Source: Pelomyxa schiedti (lineage: Eukaryota > Protista > Evosea). Taken from it: 64,000 nucleotides of DNA. Positions 1 to 11,633 of this stretch are shown here, in pieces. The position numbers were made by a program, and so were the translations under genes. Location: contig JAHLWZ010000151.1 of assembly GCA_020536535.1 (NCBI GenBank), positions 30,965 to 94,964 of the forward strand. Reading direction: 5' to 3'. The stretch's first letter is position 1. Each line of letters starts with the position of its first letter. The notes under the pieces were generated by a model, which saw only the letters and a list, made by a program, of their open reading frames with translations, was not told where the DNA came from and did no database searches.

Positions 1-124
1 TCATAGAATACGCCTTTGGCCTCTGCCTTCCCCACCCTCTGACCGTCGGTCTCTGAGCGTCTATCACTTCCTACTAGTTTGTAGTGACCCTCCTCCGAGG
101 TTTTGCGCAACAAGCATGTTCTTT
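1..124 (-). CDS. Probable exon fragment of a gene continuing off the left edge
   Basis: Open frame (TCLLRKTSEEGHYKLVGSDRRSETDGQRVGKAEAKGVFY) preceded on the minus strand by a pyrimidine-rich tract ending in TTAG. No start is visible. Confidence 0.3.
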
Positions 125-212
125 CTAATGTTGAAAAAATAAAAAATCAAAAACTTTACAAAGAGTAACAACTATGTATTAAGGGACAAGTTTTTGAGTG
201 TTTTGGGATTGA

Positions 213-2586
213 CTAGTAGGCCTTGAAGGCCCCTGGGGAGTTGTGGCGGAGGTTGGGCATTGGTATGGAGCTGCTGGTTGTGGTTGTTATCGAGGGTGAT
301 TCACATGGTGACTCCTGTGCGGGGCTGTTGTTCTGAGAGGGACTGGCTACAACTGTACTGGACATCCTAAATGAACACCGGGGGAGTTCCTCATACCCTG
401 GAGTCCGAGCTTCTTGCTTCTCCGTGAAGAACTCTTGCAGGATTTCCTCCTGTGATAAGGGTTGGCAATGTGGTTGTTGCGTATGTTTCATACGCACTTT
501 TGGAATTCTGCTCACTTGGACTTTTCCAGTGAAATCACTTTTATACTGCAGGAGAGTCCTGACATTATCAACTTCATGAAGAAAATCTACTAACGTTCGC
601 TTATTGCCAGCAGTATCAATGTCTTTTACCAAGGAGTGGTGCACTTCACCCTAAATGTATGGTTGATTTAAATAAGTGGTGAAGGAGGAAATCACCTGAT
701 ACACATAGGCGGTGGCATATTTTCCAGGGAATCTGTCACTGAACCGAATGACGAAGGATCCTTCTTCATGGCTTGCTAGTAGTGCATCGCAATCGACTTT
801 GGAAATGAACCCGTAAATATATCCTTTTACCCACATCGGGCACATGTTCTTTTGGTGCCTCACTTTTTCCAGTCCAGGCCCAAACCATTCCCAGAAGCGA
901 TCAAAGGCAGGGAGATTGACAATTTTGCTTTGTTCAAATTTGAGAGTGCTGAGGTAATCAAAGTCTTTCAGTGTTAGTGGCCGTGTTGGGAACTCACTAT
1001 GCTGCCTAGTTGCTGCCTACGTGGTTTTGTTATTTGTTTGTTACAAGGAAGTACACAGAAACCAGGTAATATGTCTGGAGAGTGTTTGCAAACCGGGCCC
1101 AGGAAATTTCCATCATCTCTCCAAATGAGTCCATTTTCAGTAAAATTCCCTCAGAATCACGCCACTGAATGGAGTTGGTCGTGATAATGAATGGTCTGGA
1201 TTGGTTGCTCTCAACCAGCCGTACACCTGGTTGCTTTATCAAGAGTAAGGAGCAAAAAAAGGTAATTAAAATAACACACAGCAAGGGCGGGATTGTGGCA
1301 TTTCATTGGCGCATGTTTGATACTGACATGCAACCTCAGTGTAACAGGCTTCTTGTTGGTTCCAATAGGGAAGCGTAAATGCAACCTGACCTAGTTCATC
1401 GTTAGCTAGAGTTACATTGAGCTGTGCTATACTTTTCCTTCGTTGTCAAGGTCTTCTGTGGCATTTTCTAGATAAGGCCCTGTTGGTTTCCCATTCTTTT
1501 TAGCAGTGGAATGGTATTGAACTATATCGGCCGTTACTCGGCCCATGGATCTTCAGGGAAATTGAGAACCTTTTAGAGAGAAAAGAAGCCAACCTTATTT
1601 CAATTCTTGAGGGTAAAAGAAGTTGTGCCTCAACTGGTACCATTTGACCTTTAACTATAGAGCGAGAGAAAGGTTGCTCTGTGATCATGAGAGCGGCTGG
1701 GCTATAGAATATCAAAGGAAAAAGTGGAATCCAAAGACCTACCAGGGAATAGAATCGGGCCTGACGTAATGCATTAATTCAAGCTGGTATAAATCTAACT
1801 GTTTCATACACTTTTGGAGTTGCTGAAAGTAGAGAAAGTCAAAAGGCACACTAATTGTTTGTACAAGACAGTACCAGTTCCAATTTCTTTGTGTGGAAGA
1901 CCTCTCCAGGAGAAAGAACTATCTCGTCAAAAATACGCATAAGTGTAGCGTGCTCCTGAAGCATGGCATCATACAATTCTTTATGTTGTCTTGACAGTGT
2001 CTCAAGACTCTGGTTTGATATTAAAATTCCTCTTGTGTTACACCCCACATACCGAGGCACATTCAATGGGGGGAAGATCAAGAACGTGCTTTTGGGTTGT
2101 CTTAATGTGCTCAAGTGTGACTGAGTACAGTTTCACTTTCCCGGCAATTGTGTTGAGAACCTTCAGCTTTGGTCAGGCATTAAAACGCAAAGAGGTAAGC
2201 ACCTGTTGGACAGCACTAGTGACTGGTTGGAAGGGTAGGTTCGCTTGGAAATCAGTGTTCTTAACGGTATTGGAATTTGATCCATTCCCGGTGTCAGGTG
2301 TAGTTTCTGGGGTTCTCGCAGAAAAGGTTGAGCTGGTTTTGAGAGGACTTTGTGATGGTGTGGGTGGTGGGGGTGGTTGTGGGGTTTGAGGTGGAGATGG
2401 AGGGCGAGAATTCTGATTTTCCAGTTAGGGAAAAGAGTTAGTCTTGGGAACGGAAGAACGTACAGGAATCTGACCAGAAATCATTGCCAACAGAGACTGT
2501 GCTGCCTGATTATTAATGGGTTGAGGGATATTAATGCCATAGCTTAGCATTTGTTGCTGTTGGGCCTGTTGTTGTGCTTGTTGTTG

Positions 2587-2618
<32 letters not shown>

Positions 2619-3232
2619 ATTGAAGAACTTGTTGTTGCAGCACCTGTTTTTAAAGGGTTATTCGTTTTCAAAAGCGTCTCCGTACACACTTGTGCAATGG
2701 ATGCAAATTGAGGTTGTAACAACAACTGTTGTTGCTGCGCCAACTGTAACTGCTGAGCGTATTGCTGCAGTCTGTGTTGATTACCAGGAAGATTCATCTG
2801 AGAAGAGAAGGCGGCCGCTGCCGCTGCAGCGGCCGAGTTGGCATTAGTGGGATTAGCAGCAGAATTTCCAGGATTTGCAGCAGCCGTATCCACTGGTGGA
2901 ATATCAAATTCAGGTACAACCCCTGAGGTCGAGCCATCTTTACTATAATTTCCCAAAGTTAGTAAGCAGTATCTCACTCAAAGAAAAAATAAGCAGTATC
3001 TCACTCAAAGAAAAAAAAAAAAAGGGAAGCTACATCGAGCATCACAAGAAAGAATAACAAATGACAATGGTGGAGTGCAATGATACTTATAGAAAAGTTC
3101 CTCAGGGAGACTCATAAGTGCGCTCAACGCGGGCCCCGCACCGCGGGGTACGGCCCTCGCCCCCGACCCTCCCCCGCCCGTCGCGGCCGCCGAAGACCCT
3201 TGCTGCTGGTGCTGTTGTTGTTGCTGTTGTTG

Positions 3233-3269
<37 letters not shown>

Positions 3270-3595
3270 GACATGGCCTGGAGGGAGTGGGATTGTGATT
3301 GTGGCTGTGTCTGCGTGTGCGACTGCGACTGGGACTGGGACATGGCCTGGAGGTCGCCGCTGTCCCCCCCGTCGTCGCTGGAGGAGCCCCCGCCGCCGCC
3401 GCCCGAGCCGCCGCCGTCGTCCTGGTCCGGGTCGTTCTCCACGTCGGCGGGGACGGCGCCCGAGGAGGCCGACGAGGCGGAGTGGTCGGGGGCGCCCCAG
3501 GCGTCGTTGCGGCGCCGCTTGGTGGACGGCGGGGGGACGTCGTCGCTGACGAAGCGAGAGTGTGCGAACGCGCTGCTTGTGGTGGCGTTGCTCAT
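213..3595 (-). CDS. Dictyostelium-type STAT transcription factor (polyQ N-terminus, coiled coil, DNA-binding fold, SH2, phospho-Tyr motif); multi-exon
   Basis: Spliced exons give ALMITEQPFSRSIVKG, SRPFIITTNSIQWRDSEGILLK, ISWARFANTLQ, FDRFWEWFG, MWVKGYIYGFISK, the SH2 signature GSFVIRFSDR and a C-terminal PGYEEL. ATG at 3595 (MSNATTSS), stop at 213. Confidence 0.9.
2551..2640 (-). repeat. CAG/CAA polyglutamine tract in STAT
   Basis: (TGC/TGT)n on the + strand; encodes QQQQ...AQQQAQQQQ. Confidence 0.9.
2963..3016. repeat. 27-bp tandem duplication inside a STAT intron
   Basis: taagcagtatctcactcaaagaaaaaa occurs twice back-to-back, next to a minus-strand TACTAAC branch site. Confidence 0.85.
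3211..3269 (-). repeat. CAG/CAA polyglutamine tract in STAT exon 1
   Basis: About 20 Gln codons in frame. Confidence 0.9.
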
Positions 3596-4174
3596 TGCCT
3601 GTTGGTACCGGTTCTGTATGTTGTGGCTGGGGGGGGTTCTTTTTTTTTTTTTTTTTTGGTGGTTTGCTTGGTTGTGTGTTGGTGTGGGTTGGCGACGGTG
3701 GGTCGGGCTTGGGTTTTGTTGCTTTTTGGATAAAAGACAATGCCGCGAAACCCCCATGCACAGAAAAAATCACACATTGCACAAATTCAGAAAGAGATCT
3801 GCAATCTGCAGCTGATTGGACATGTTTGGTTCTCTTCGAGGGGCACTCACGGTCAATGTGATATAAGTGGTCCTTTTGGAGTGCAAGGCACAAAATAGAA
3901 AGTTTACACCTGGGGTGAAACAACAGTTTTTCTGCCAGGCCATAATAATGGCAATGCCCCCTCGAAAGCCAAGCTTGACTGAGACCACAAAAAATATTTT
4001 TAGATTGTAACTGGTTGGAAGAAGTTTACTTCCACTCATCATAGAGCTCTTCCAACCAAAAACACAATACAGATTTACACTTTACATTGTTTGTTTGGTG
4101 CTGAATTTAGTGGTCTTCCAAAAGGGAAAAATCCATTTCATCTACGTCAAAGTCTATTGTTGCATTAGAGAATT

Positions 4175-5511
4175 CTAGTGGTAGGAGCCACCACCTTCAT
4201 CATTATTTTCCTGGGAAGTACTTGTAGGATCCTTTGCCTTGATTTTTTCTGTTGAACAGTGAGATTGGGCTGATTTTTGAGACATACTAGGCCGTATGTC
4301 CGACAGCTGAGCTGTACCCAATGGCATGTTCTCGTTTGATGTCTCATGGGATACTATGGTGGCTTCTTCATTTACCAGAACACTACTGTTTTCAGTAGAA
4401 TATGCTCTCACTTGGACACTTGTGTCCAGGACTGAATTGTACTTCTCAGAGGCCATCTGGGGTGGTGCCCCAATAGTGTTATGTACAGAGGTATTGTATT
4501 CCCCCGTTTGTTGTGTGCTGTAATCAACAACCTGGGGATTGTCTGCCTGTGTTTGTTGCTGGCCGATATCAGCAAGGACATTAGGATTTTCAGGCTGTGT
4601 GCTGGTGGTGTATGTCTCAAAGTTGGTGGCCTGTTGTGTGATGTCATAAGTAGTTGGATGTGTACTCAATTCTACGGTCACATTCCTACTGCCTGCAAAA
4701 TTGATCAACGATTATAGTATCTTTAAGTAGGGGCAAGAAAATAGTACCACCAAGTTCATGTGTAGGACGAGTAGATGAATGAGATGAAGCCTTGAGGTTT
4801 TTAGTGCTTGATGGAACTGGAGCAGGGGATGATAATGTTTGGGATTCGTGGCCTCCGTTTACGATCTGGGAATGATGGTTTGCATGGAGAGGCATTCCTG
4901 GATCGGGAGCAGTGTTGTGTGGGCTGAGTACATGGCTGTTATGAGAATCAATCGTTGGCAGCGGTTCTATTTTGCTACGGCGAAGAGAGCCACTGCTACC
5001 AACACCTGTAGCAACATCTGCCTTGGGCTCTGGGCCCGTTTTTCTTCCAGAGTATAAATGAAATTGCACAGTAACAAGGTACTAACCTATTTGCGGGACT
5101 ATACCCCGGTCTCATTCTTCTGAGAAGCGATTCTTGTTCAATAGCGTCCCTCTGCCATTGCCAATATACGGTGTGTTTCGCCTTGACTGCCTCCAACCGT
5201 TGTGCAAAAGCCTGAAAAATATAAATAAACATACGGAAAAAAAAGATCTAAAACCACATTCCCAATGAAAGAAAAGACAAGACAAGAAAAGAAAAGAAAA
5301 GACAAAAAAAAAAAAAAAAAAAAAACCGTACGATGTTCTCTGCGTTGATTCTTTCTAGTTCCCTCTTCCTTGCCTCGCGATTGAGGCTCCTCACGCCCAC
5401 CACGGGCGCCGCGTAACGCGTCGGCGACGCCCGTATTTGCGCCATCTTGCTGTCGTGCACCCCGTCTACGTAATCGTTCCACTGTCTCTGTGCCACCTCC
5501 GCTTTCCTCAT
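4175..5511 (-). CDS. CFAP97/Hemingway-domain-like cilia-associated protein with low-complexity tail; multi-exon
   Basis: SLNREARKRELERINAENI|AFAQRLEAVK...WQRD resembles the CFAP97 (KIAA1430) motif. GT-AG introns join it to the S/T/Q-rich ORFs 4686-5069 and 4175-4708. Confidence 0.65.
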
Positions 5512-5658
5512 TCTTTGTGTGTTTTTCGTGCAAAGGGTCTCGGTCGTTGTTGCTCGTTGCCTGTGCTTTTGATTTTGGATTTCGCCAAAGTGTCGATTTT
5601 TTTTTTTTTCCGCAGCTTTGGATTGCCTAAAAAGGCACAATGGCATTTAAGTAGAAAG

Positions 5659-7157
5659 CTACGGCACAAGGGCGTTGAGGATCGCTGTCCAGTCGGCGTT
5701 GCAGGCGGAATGACGGAGGTCGATGGGTACATTGGAATTAAGCTCTAGGAAAGTATGCAGGCCCACGCGGGCCGTGGCGTCGTCGTCGGGAACGTGGTAT
5801 AGAGCAAGAACGCGAATGTGGGCTCCAGAGGACAGGAGGATGTGGGCCAATTTCATTCCAGCACCAGGGCCCCCTTGGGACACTGACAGTGTGTGAAGCT
5901 TGGGTGCAGAAATGGTAATGTCCTGCAGTTCCTCGGCGGTGACACACCCCGGTATCTGGACTTTCAGTGAGGTCAGGTATGGGAGCGATACAGTTGATAG
6001 AGCATGGATGTTGATAGCTTCAAATACTAGTTTCTCAAGTCGCAGAGACGAGAGCTCTCGGATACCAGAACATGTAATTATTGTGCCGATTGCTGCCAAA
6101 GATGTCAATTTTGTGCATCCAACACGGAGTAGTGGTAGAGAGACATCTGACACATTTCCGCAGTTGGACAGGTTCAATTCTTGGAGATTCGGGCAAAGCT
6201 GTGCAATCATTCTCATACAGGTATCGTCAACTTTGGTGTTGGTAAGCTTAAGGGTTGTAAGTGTCGGTGGAAAAGGTGCTCGGCAAAGACTAACTGGCGT
6301 TTCAGCCATACAAAGAACCTTGAGTCCACGGCACTTTGAAAGTACTATAGTGGCAATCCGGTCCGTGATACATTCAGAATCGCAAAGATGGAGTTTCTCT
6401 AACGTAGTCGGGATCTCTTCAAAAGCTTGGGCAAAGTTTTCTTGCGCTTCAGTCTCCACACAAAGTAAGTCTGCTGCCATTCGCAAACAGTTCAGCATTG
6501 GGTGAAGTTGCAAAGTACAAAACAAGAAGCGGAGTCCCCGAGGGTCTTTAATGTTAAGTGCTCCTCTAAACTCGACACGCCTTAAGGAGCGCCTACACAT
6601 ATGAGAAATTGAGGTACTAAGTGGGTCAAGGAGTTCTTTGCCAGTTCTGGAGAAATTCCATGTACTAAAACTTTCAAGAGAAGGCATTGGTACTGCAAGA
6701 AGCTTGTGTAATGAACGGGGGTGAACATTTTCAAGACTGCAGAGAGTGGAGGCAGCACTGTGCACAAGGCCAAGCTCCATATCTGGGTTGAAGTTGGGGT
6801 GCTCCAGCCAAAGTGTATTAAACCTGAACCGAAGGTCAAAGTTAGAATTAAAAAAGATATGAGCCTTAGGTGTTTGACACAAGAAAACGAGTGGGTGGCT
6901 AAAGCAACAGCAAGTCCTTTCAAACGAGGAGCATAGCCTGTCAAACTAACAGATACAAGTAATCTGAAACCACTGCATACAAGTTCACTCCACTGTTCTT
7001 TGGTCACTGTATCTATAGGGTGGGGTTTTCGTGAATGTTGAAAGCAAAACTCCACGTCAGTCACAAATTGTAGATAGCATGATGCGCATTGCAACTGTAG
7101 CACAGTATTCACATCGCGAAAGCGTATGAAGACCTTTTTTTTTGTGTGTTTTTCCAT
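5659..7157 (-). CDS. Leucine-rich repeat protein (FBXL/cysteine-containing LRR type)
   Basis: Repeats such as LEKLHLCDSECITD, LTTLKLTNTKVDD and CPNLQELNLSNCGNVSD. One intron near 6826-6885 joins the two ORFs; the 5' end is uncertain. Confidence 0.75.
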
Positions 7158-7374
7158 GTGGAACTTTGCGTGTCTAAACCTTCTTATTCGCCCACACTGC
7201 CGGAAACGATATCAACCTTCGCCATTCTGAACAAACGCCCCTCGACAAAACGCAAGTACGCACATCCGCATACTCCGACTCGAACACGTGCAGCATCTCC
7301 TTTTTTTTTTTTTTTTTTTTGAATCGTCCGAATCGGCATCTTTAGACCAGGAAAGCGGGGCACGCAGGGACGTG

Positions 7375-10300
7375 ATGTCACGCGAACGGAGACGCTCGAA
7401 CCCGGCGCTGCCGACTGCGGCAGTTTCTTCGGCGGCGCTGACGTCATCGTCGCCGGCAATAGGGGACGGCGTGAGGCTTGTCTCGTCGACGTCTGCCTTG
7501 ACAAACGTGAGGCTGGCCAACAGCTTCAGCACGCCCAACTTGGGCAACCTAGCGTCGTCGTCATTGTCAATGGCAACGATTTGCGGCAACGGCGGGGTCC
7601 GGAATGTGGCGTCGTCGCCCTCTTCCACCTCTTTCAACAACAGCGGGACAACCGGAGACCCATTATGGGACGGCACCAACAACGGGGTCGACGACGAAGG
7701 CTGCGGTGGCGTGAGGAATTGGCTGGAGTCAGTAGGCCGGGGCTTCGGGGCCAATTATGGGAGACGGTTTGAGGAGGAGGAAGTTACCCTCAAGGTTCTT
7801 TGGACATTGACTGATTCTGACCTCCGGGAACTGGGTGTTACCAAAATGGGCCATAGGAAGCTCATCTCAATAGCAGCTGAGAGGCTCAGGCCCTCAGATT
7901 CCAAGTTGGGTTCGGTCTCATCACCCTATTGCAGCTGTTCGCGTAAGGAGCGAGACAGAGACAGGGATAGGGAAAGAGAAAGAGAAAGAGAAAGGGATAG
8001 AGATAGAGACAAGGAGGAATCTCGTGGAAGGGATTCTGAGAGGAGCAGTGAACCTCCGGCCAACTTGAAACACCATCACCACCACTCTTCTTATCCTTCA
8101 GGTTCCGTGCATTCCTCTTCGCGGAGCTCACCTCCAAGAAGGACTGGGCCGTTGTTCCAGCCACTGGATGACTCATTCCCTCAGGTAGTGGCACCAACTC
8201 CACAGCAGCCAATGCTTACTTTGACTCTGCCGGCATCTCCCACATCATGCACAACTCCACAGGCTCCTCAGTCACCTGCTACTCTCGTACTGAACCCTCT
8301 TTCAACAGCTATACAAAGTGACCAGGGTTCAAGTGCGGTAAGTGACTCAACCGCCCCTGCGCCGTCTCCAACACACTCTCCTGCCAGTTCACCTCGAACA
8401 ATACCTTCGCCTGCCCCAATCACTGTTTCCTCCTCGTCTCCTCACCTTATGCCAGGCCCTGGAACGCCAACAACTCGACCTAGGCGGTCATCACATACAA
8501 TTGCACCCTCTCCAATTTCTGTTACTTCAACCCCCAATTCCAACTCAACTCCAGTTATTTCGACCTCAGTAGTACCCTCTACAACTCCCCCACCAAGTCC
8601 TCAAGGTTCATCTTCATCGTCAGATCACAGTTACTATGGAATGCTGCGCTCTTCACCATACCCGGCCTACAATGAAGATGAGCAGAATGAATTGGGTATG
8701 TGATTCAAGAAAAGATATTTTTCTTACTGTGAATAGCAAACAGTTCTGACAAACTGAAAATATCCATGCTGGCAATGTCCGATGTTTTTATTCAAGGTGT
8801 GGAACTTTGTGGCCAACTTGGAGAAGGGTCATTCGGTGTAGTGTGGAGGGTATATTAGCAGTTTGCACAGTCACAGACCTAATAATACAATCAGGGTTTA
8901 TGGAAAGGAATTCAGGTGGCAGTTAAGAGGGCCAAAGATTGTACTCCCAGAGAAGGTGACGAGGCCGATTGTTTTATGCAGGAAGCGGCAGTATGACTTC
9001 GAGGTAACACTGGCCTCTAAGACAATAATACAGGTGCTCAAACGAATGAGGCACCCAAATGTTGTATCTTTCTATGGAATATGGTCAAATGAGGAGGTGC
9101 CTCACCTTGTTTGTGAGTTTATGTCTGCCGGGTAATGAATCATTGTATCTCCAGTCTAGCTCAGCTTTAACAGGAGCTTGGACAAGTACCTTGAAAAAAA
9201 CAATGTGAAAATCCCAACCTCTCAGCTTCTGAAGTTTGCACAGCAAACTGCCCTTGGAATGATTTACTTGGAGTCTTGCAATGTCATTCATCGGTGTGAT
9301 TTCGAGCAAAATGACAATTTATTCTTTATTTACTAAGAAAACATTGCACAAAAATAGGGATCTGGCAGCACGGAACGTGTTATTGAAACCATCATCAGAT
9401 GGACTAGTAGCATGTGTTGGAGGTACTTGGTTTCTCTTGTGAGCATGTCTCTAAAACGAAAAAGATTTTGGTCTCAGTCGAATTTTAAGTGATGCCTCAG
9501 AACAATACAATTCATCCTCCAATGTCATGCCTGTATTTTTTGCTACATTTACTTCCTTCACTTTTAACAGCACCTTTTCTTTTTCCCTCACTAGATTAGA
9601 TGGGCAGCACCGGAGTCTTTAATGTCACGTATTTTTTCATCTAAATCCGATGTCTGGAGCTTTGGTCAGTATACCAACTTGACATTTAGAGTGATATCAA
9701 TTAAGAATCGACAGGTGTGGTCATGTGGGAAATATTTTCTCTAGGTGCTGTTCCATATTCAGAATTAGCCAACACTGGTGTCCTGTCCCATATTAAAAAG
9801 GGAAACAGATTACCTATTCCCATCAATTGCCCTGAATCTCTGTTTAAAGTGATGCTGAATTGCTGGAAAGAGGTACGCCATTTAAAACCTGGAAGGGATG
9901 AAGTGGAAAGGTGAAAGTTTAATTTAGACTAAACATCCAGAACCCTGAAGAGCGGCCAACATTTGAAGAGATCAATAATCAATTGTTGAAAACGCACACT
10001 GCCACTATCAAGGTACTAAGCCATTCCATTGATTCTAGACATAACCCAAGTAGGTGTGGTTTTTACATTGTGAGCAATGCTTTCACTCCACTGCTTGTAA
10101 ACATCGCGCAATTCCTTGGTTTGAGCAAGGTTGTGTCTTAGTTCCGAGTACTGCCGAAGTTCCAGCAACTACACGGAATCCAACCACTACCACTCCCCCT
10201 ACACCCTTGCACCGCAGTGCTGGATTTGTGGAAACACAAGATGGAAGAATCTTTGGTGTACCCACTGCTTGGCCATCTGGCCTACCGAGTCTCTTATGTA

Positions 10301-11575
10301 CATCGGTGGAATTGGCCTGTGTTCTTTGGGTTCAACAGAGGGTAATGCAAATTTCCTGTTCTCACTTTAAAGAAGATGGATCCTACACAATTGAGTTTGA
10401 TGTACATGACAGGTAAGGTTATATTTTCATTTCGTAGAGTTTATCTGCATGCAGATTAGTGCTTGCAAGTGCACCAAAGCGGGACCTTAATGAGGTTCAA
10501 GACTCCCTTGGATTTTGTATTCCAGGAGTAAACCTTCTTCCTGTGAATCGTAAGTTGTTGCCTTCGACTCCCAGTAACTTTCTACAGTTTCGTTGTTTGC
10601 AGTTTTTCCTGGAAACCTGCCAGACATGTTTATCCTTGTTTGTTCAAGTTTTCTATCTAACCGTTGCAGATATCGCTATGGTGCTTGCTGTGATATTTGC
10701 TCTCAGTCTATTCCTATGAGTTCCTCTTGGCAGCATTGCACAGACCCGGCATGTACTAACTTTGACATGTGCACGTCTTGTTATGCTGCTTCAGTTAAGG
10801 ATGGAAAAGAAGTAATCAAAGGAACACACCTTGCTTCACATCAAATGCTAAAAGGTTAGCTTTTTCTTCTCCAAATTTCCAAGCACCGAGTCACTTTTGC
10901 ACCGCTATCACAGCGTTTGGAAATGTTGAAGTACCCATTGTCCCAGAAACAGTATGCACACCCAGCATGTGGATACCCGGAGACGCACAAGTCTCTCCCT
11001 CCGGGGCATCGGCAGGAGCCCACGTAATGGCGGTAGTCTCCCGCGACCCCTTTGTTGTCCTGCGGGGCATAGTATCCCCCATACAAGTCACCCGCAACCT
11101 CACCCCGTTCACGCGGCAGCTCCCGCCCATAACCCCGTCGCCCACCCCCGGCCCCGGCCCCAATACTCCCCCGTCGACCCCGCCCTCCTCGGCGTCTTCC
11201 ACCTCGCCTCCTCAGCCGCAGCAGCCCCCAGCAGCCGTGCCCCAGCCTTCCTCCGCTCGCTCCGGGACTCCCCGCGGCGGTGCCGGGGGAGGGAATGCCC
11301 AGCCGCCTGCAACAACCACGGCGGCACTCAGTGCCGCTGAGGCTGCAGCTTCTGCGCTGGCATCAGCATCCCACAGCAAAGTGATAGAAACAGGAACTGT
11401 GAAAGAGATGGTTTCTGTACTGGCCTTGCACCTGGTCAAAATTGACATCACCATTTCCCGTGACAGGCTTCACGCTGTGCTACGGTTTTTTCCTCTCTCA
11501 TCACTATATGTTTTGAACTCATTCACTCAAACAGAGATGCCAGGACTAAAAGAAAGGGCATTCTCACATCCTTGA
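7375..11575 (+). CDS. SAM domain + tyrosine kinase + ZZ-type zinc finger protein; multi-exon
   Basis: SAM (VRNWLESVG...LTDSDLRELGVTKMGHRKLI). Kinase motifs after splicing: LGEGSFGVVWRG, VAVK, HPNVVSFYG, IHRDLAARN, DFGLSR, MPIRWAAPE, SDVWSFG. ZZ: CDICSQ...HCTDPACTNFDMCTSCY. Intron 10855-10913 links into ORF 10967-11575. Confidence 0.88.
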
Positions 11576-11633
11576 GAAAGTTCTTTGTGTAATTGGTATT
11601 GGTACTAAAAATGTAAAAAAAAATTTTCTTTGC

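Noticed and set aside
3080-3923. Multiple overlapping Arg/Ala/Leu-rich ORFs
   Set aside because: Alternative frames of the GC-rich, trinucleotide-repeat STAT exon 1.
7212-7754. 180-aa minus-strand ORF overlapping the kinase 5' end
   Set aside because: In-register antisense shadow of the GC-rich kinase exon; no motifs.
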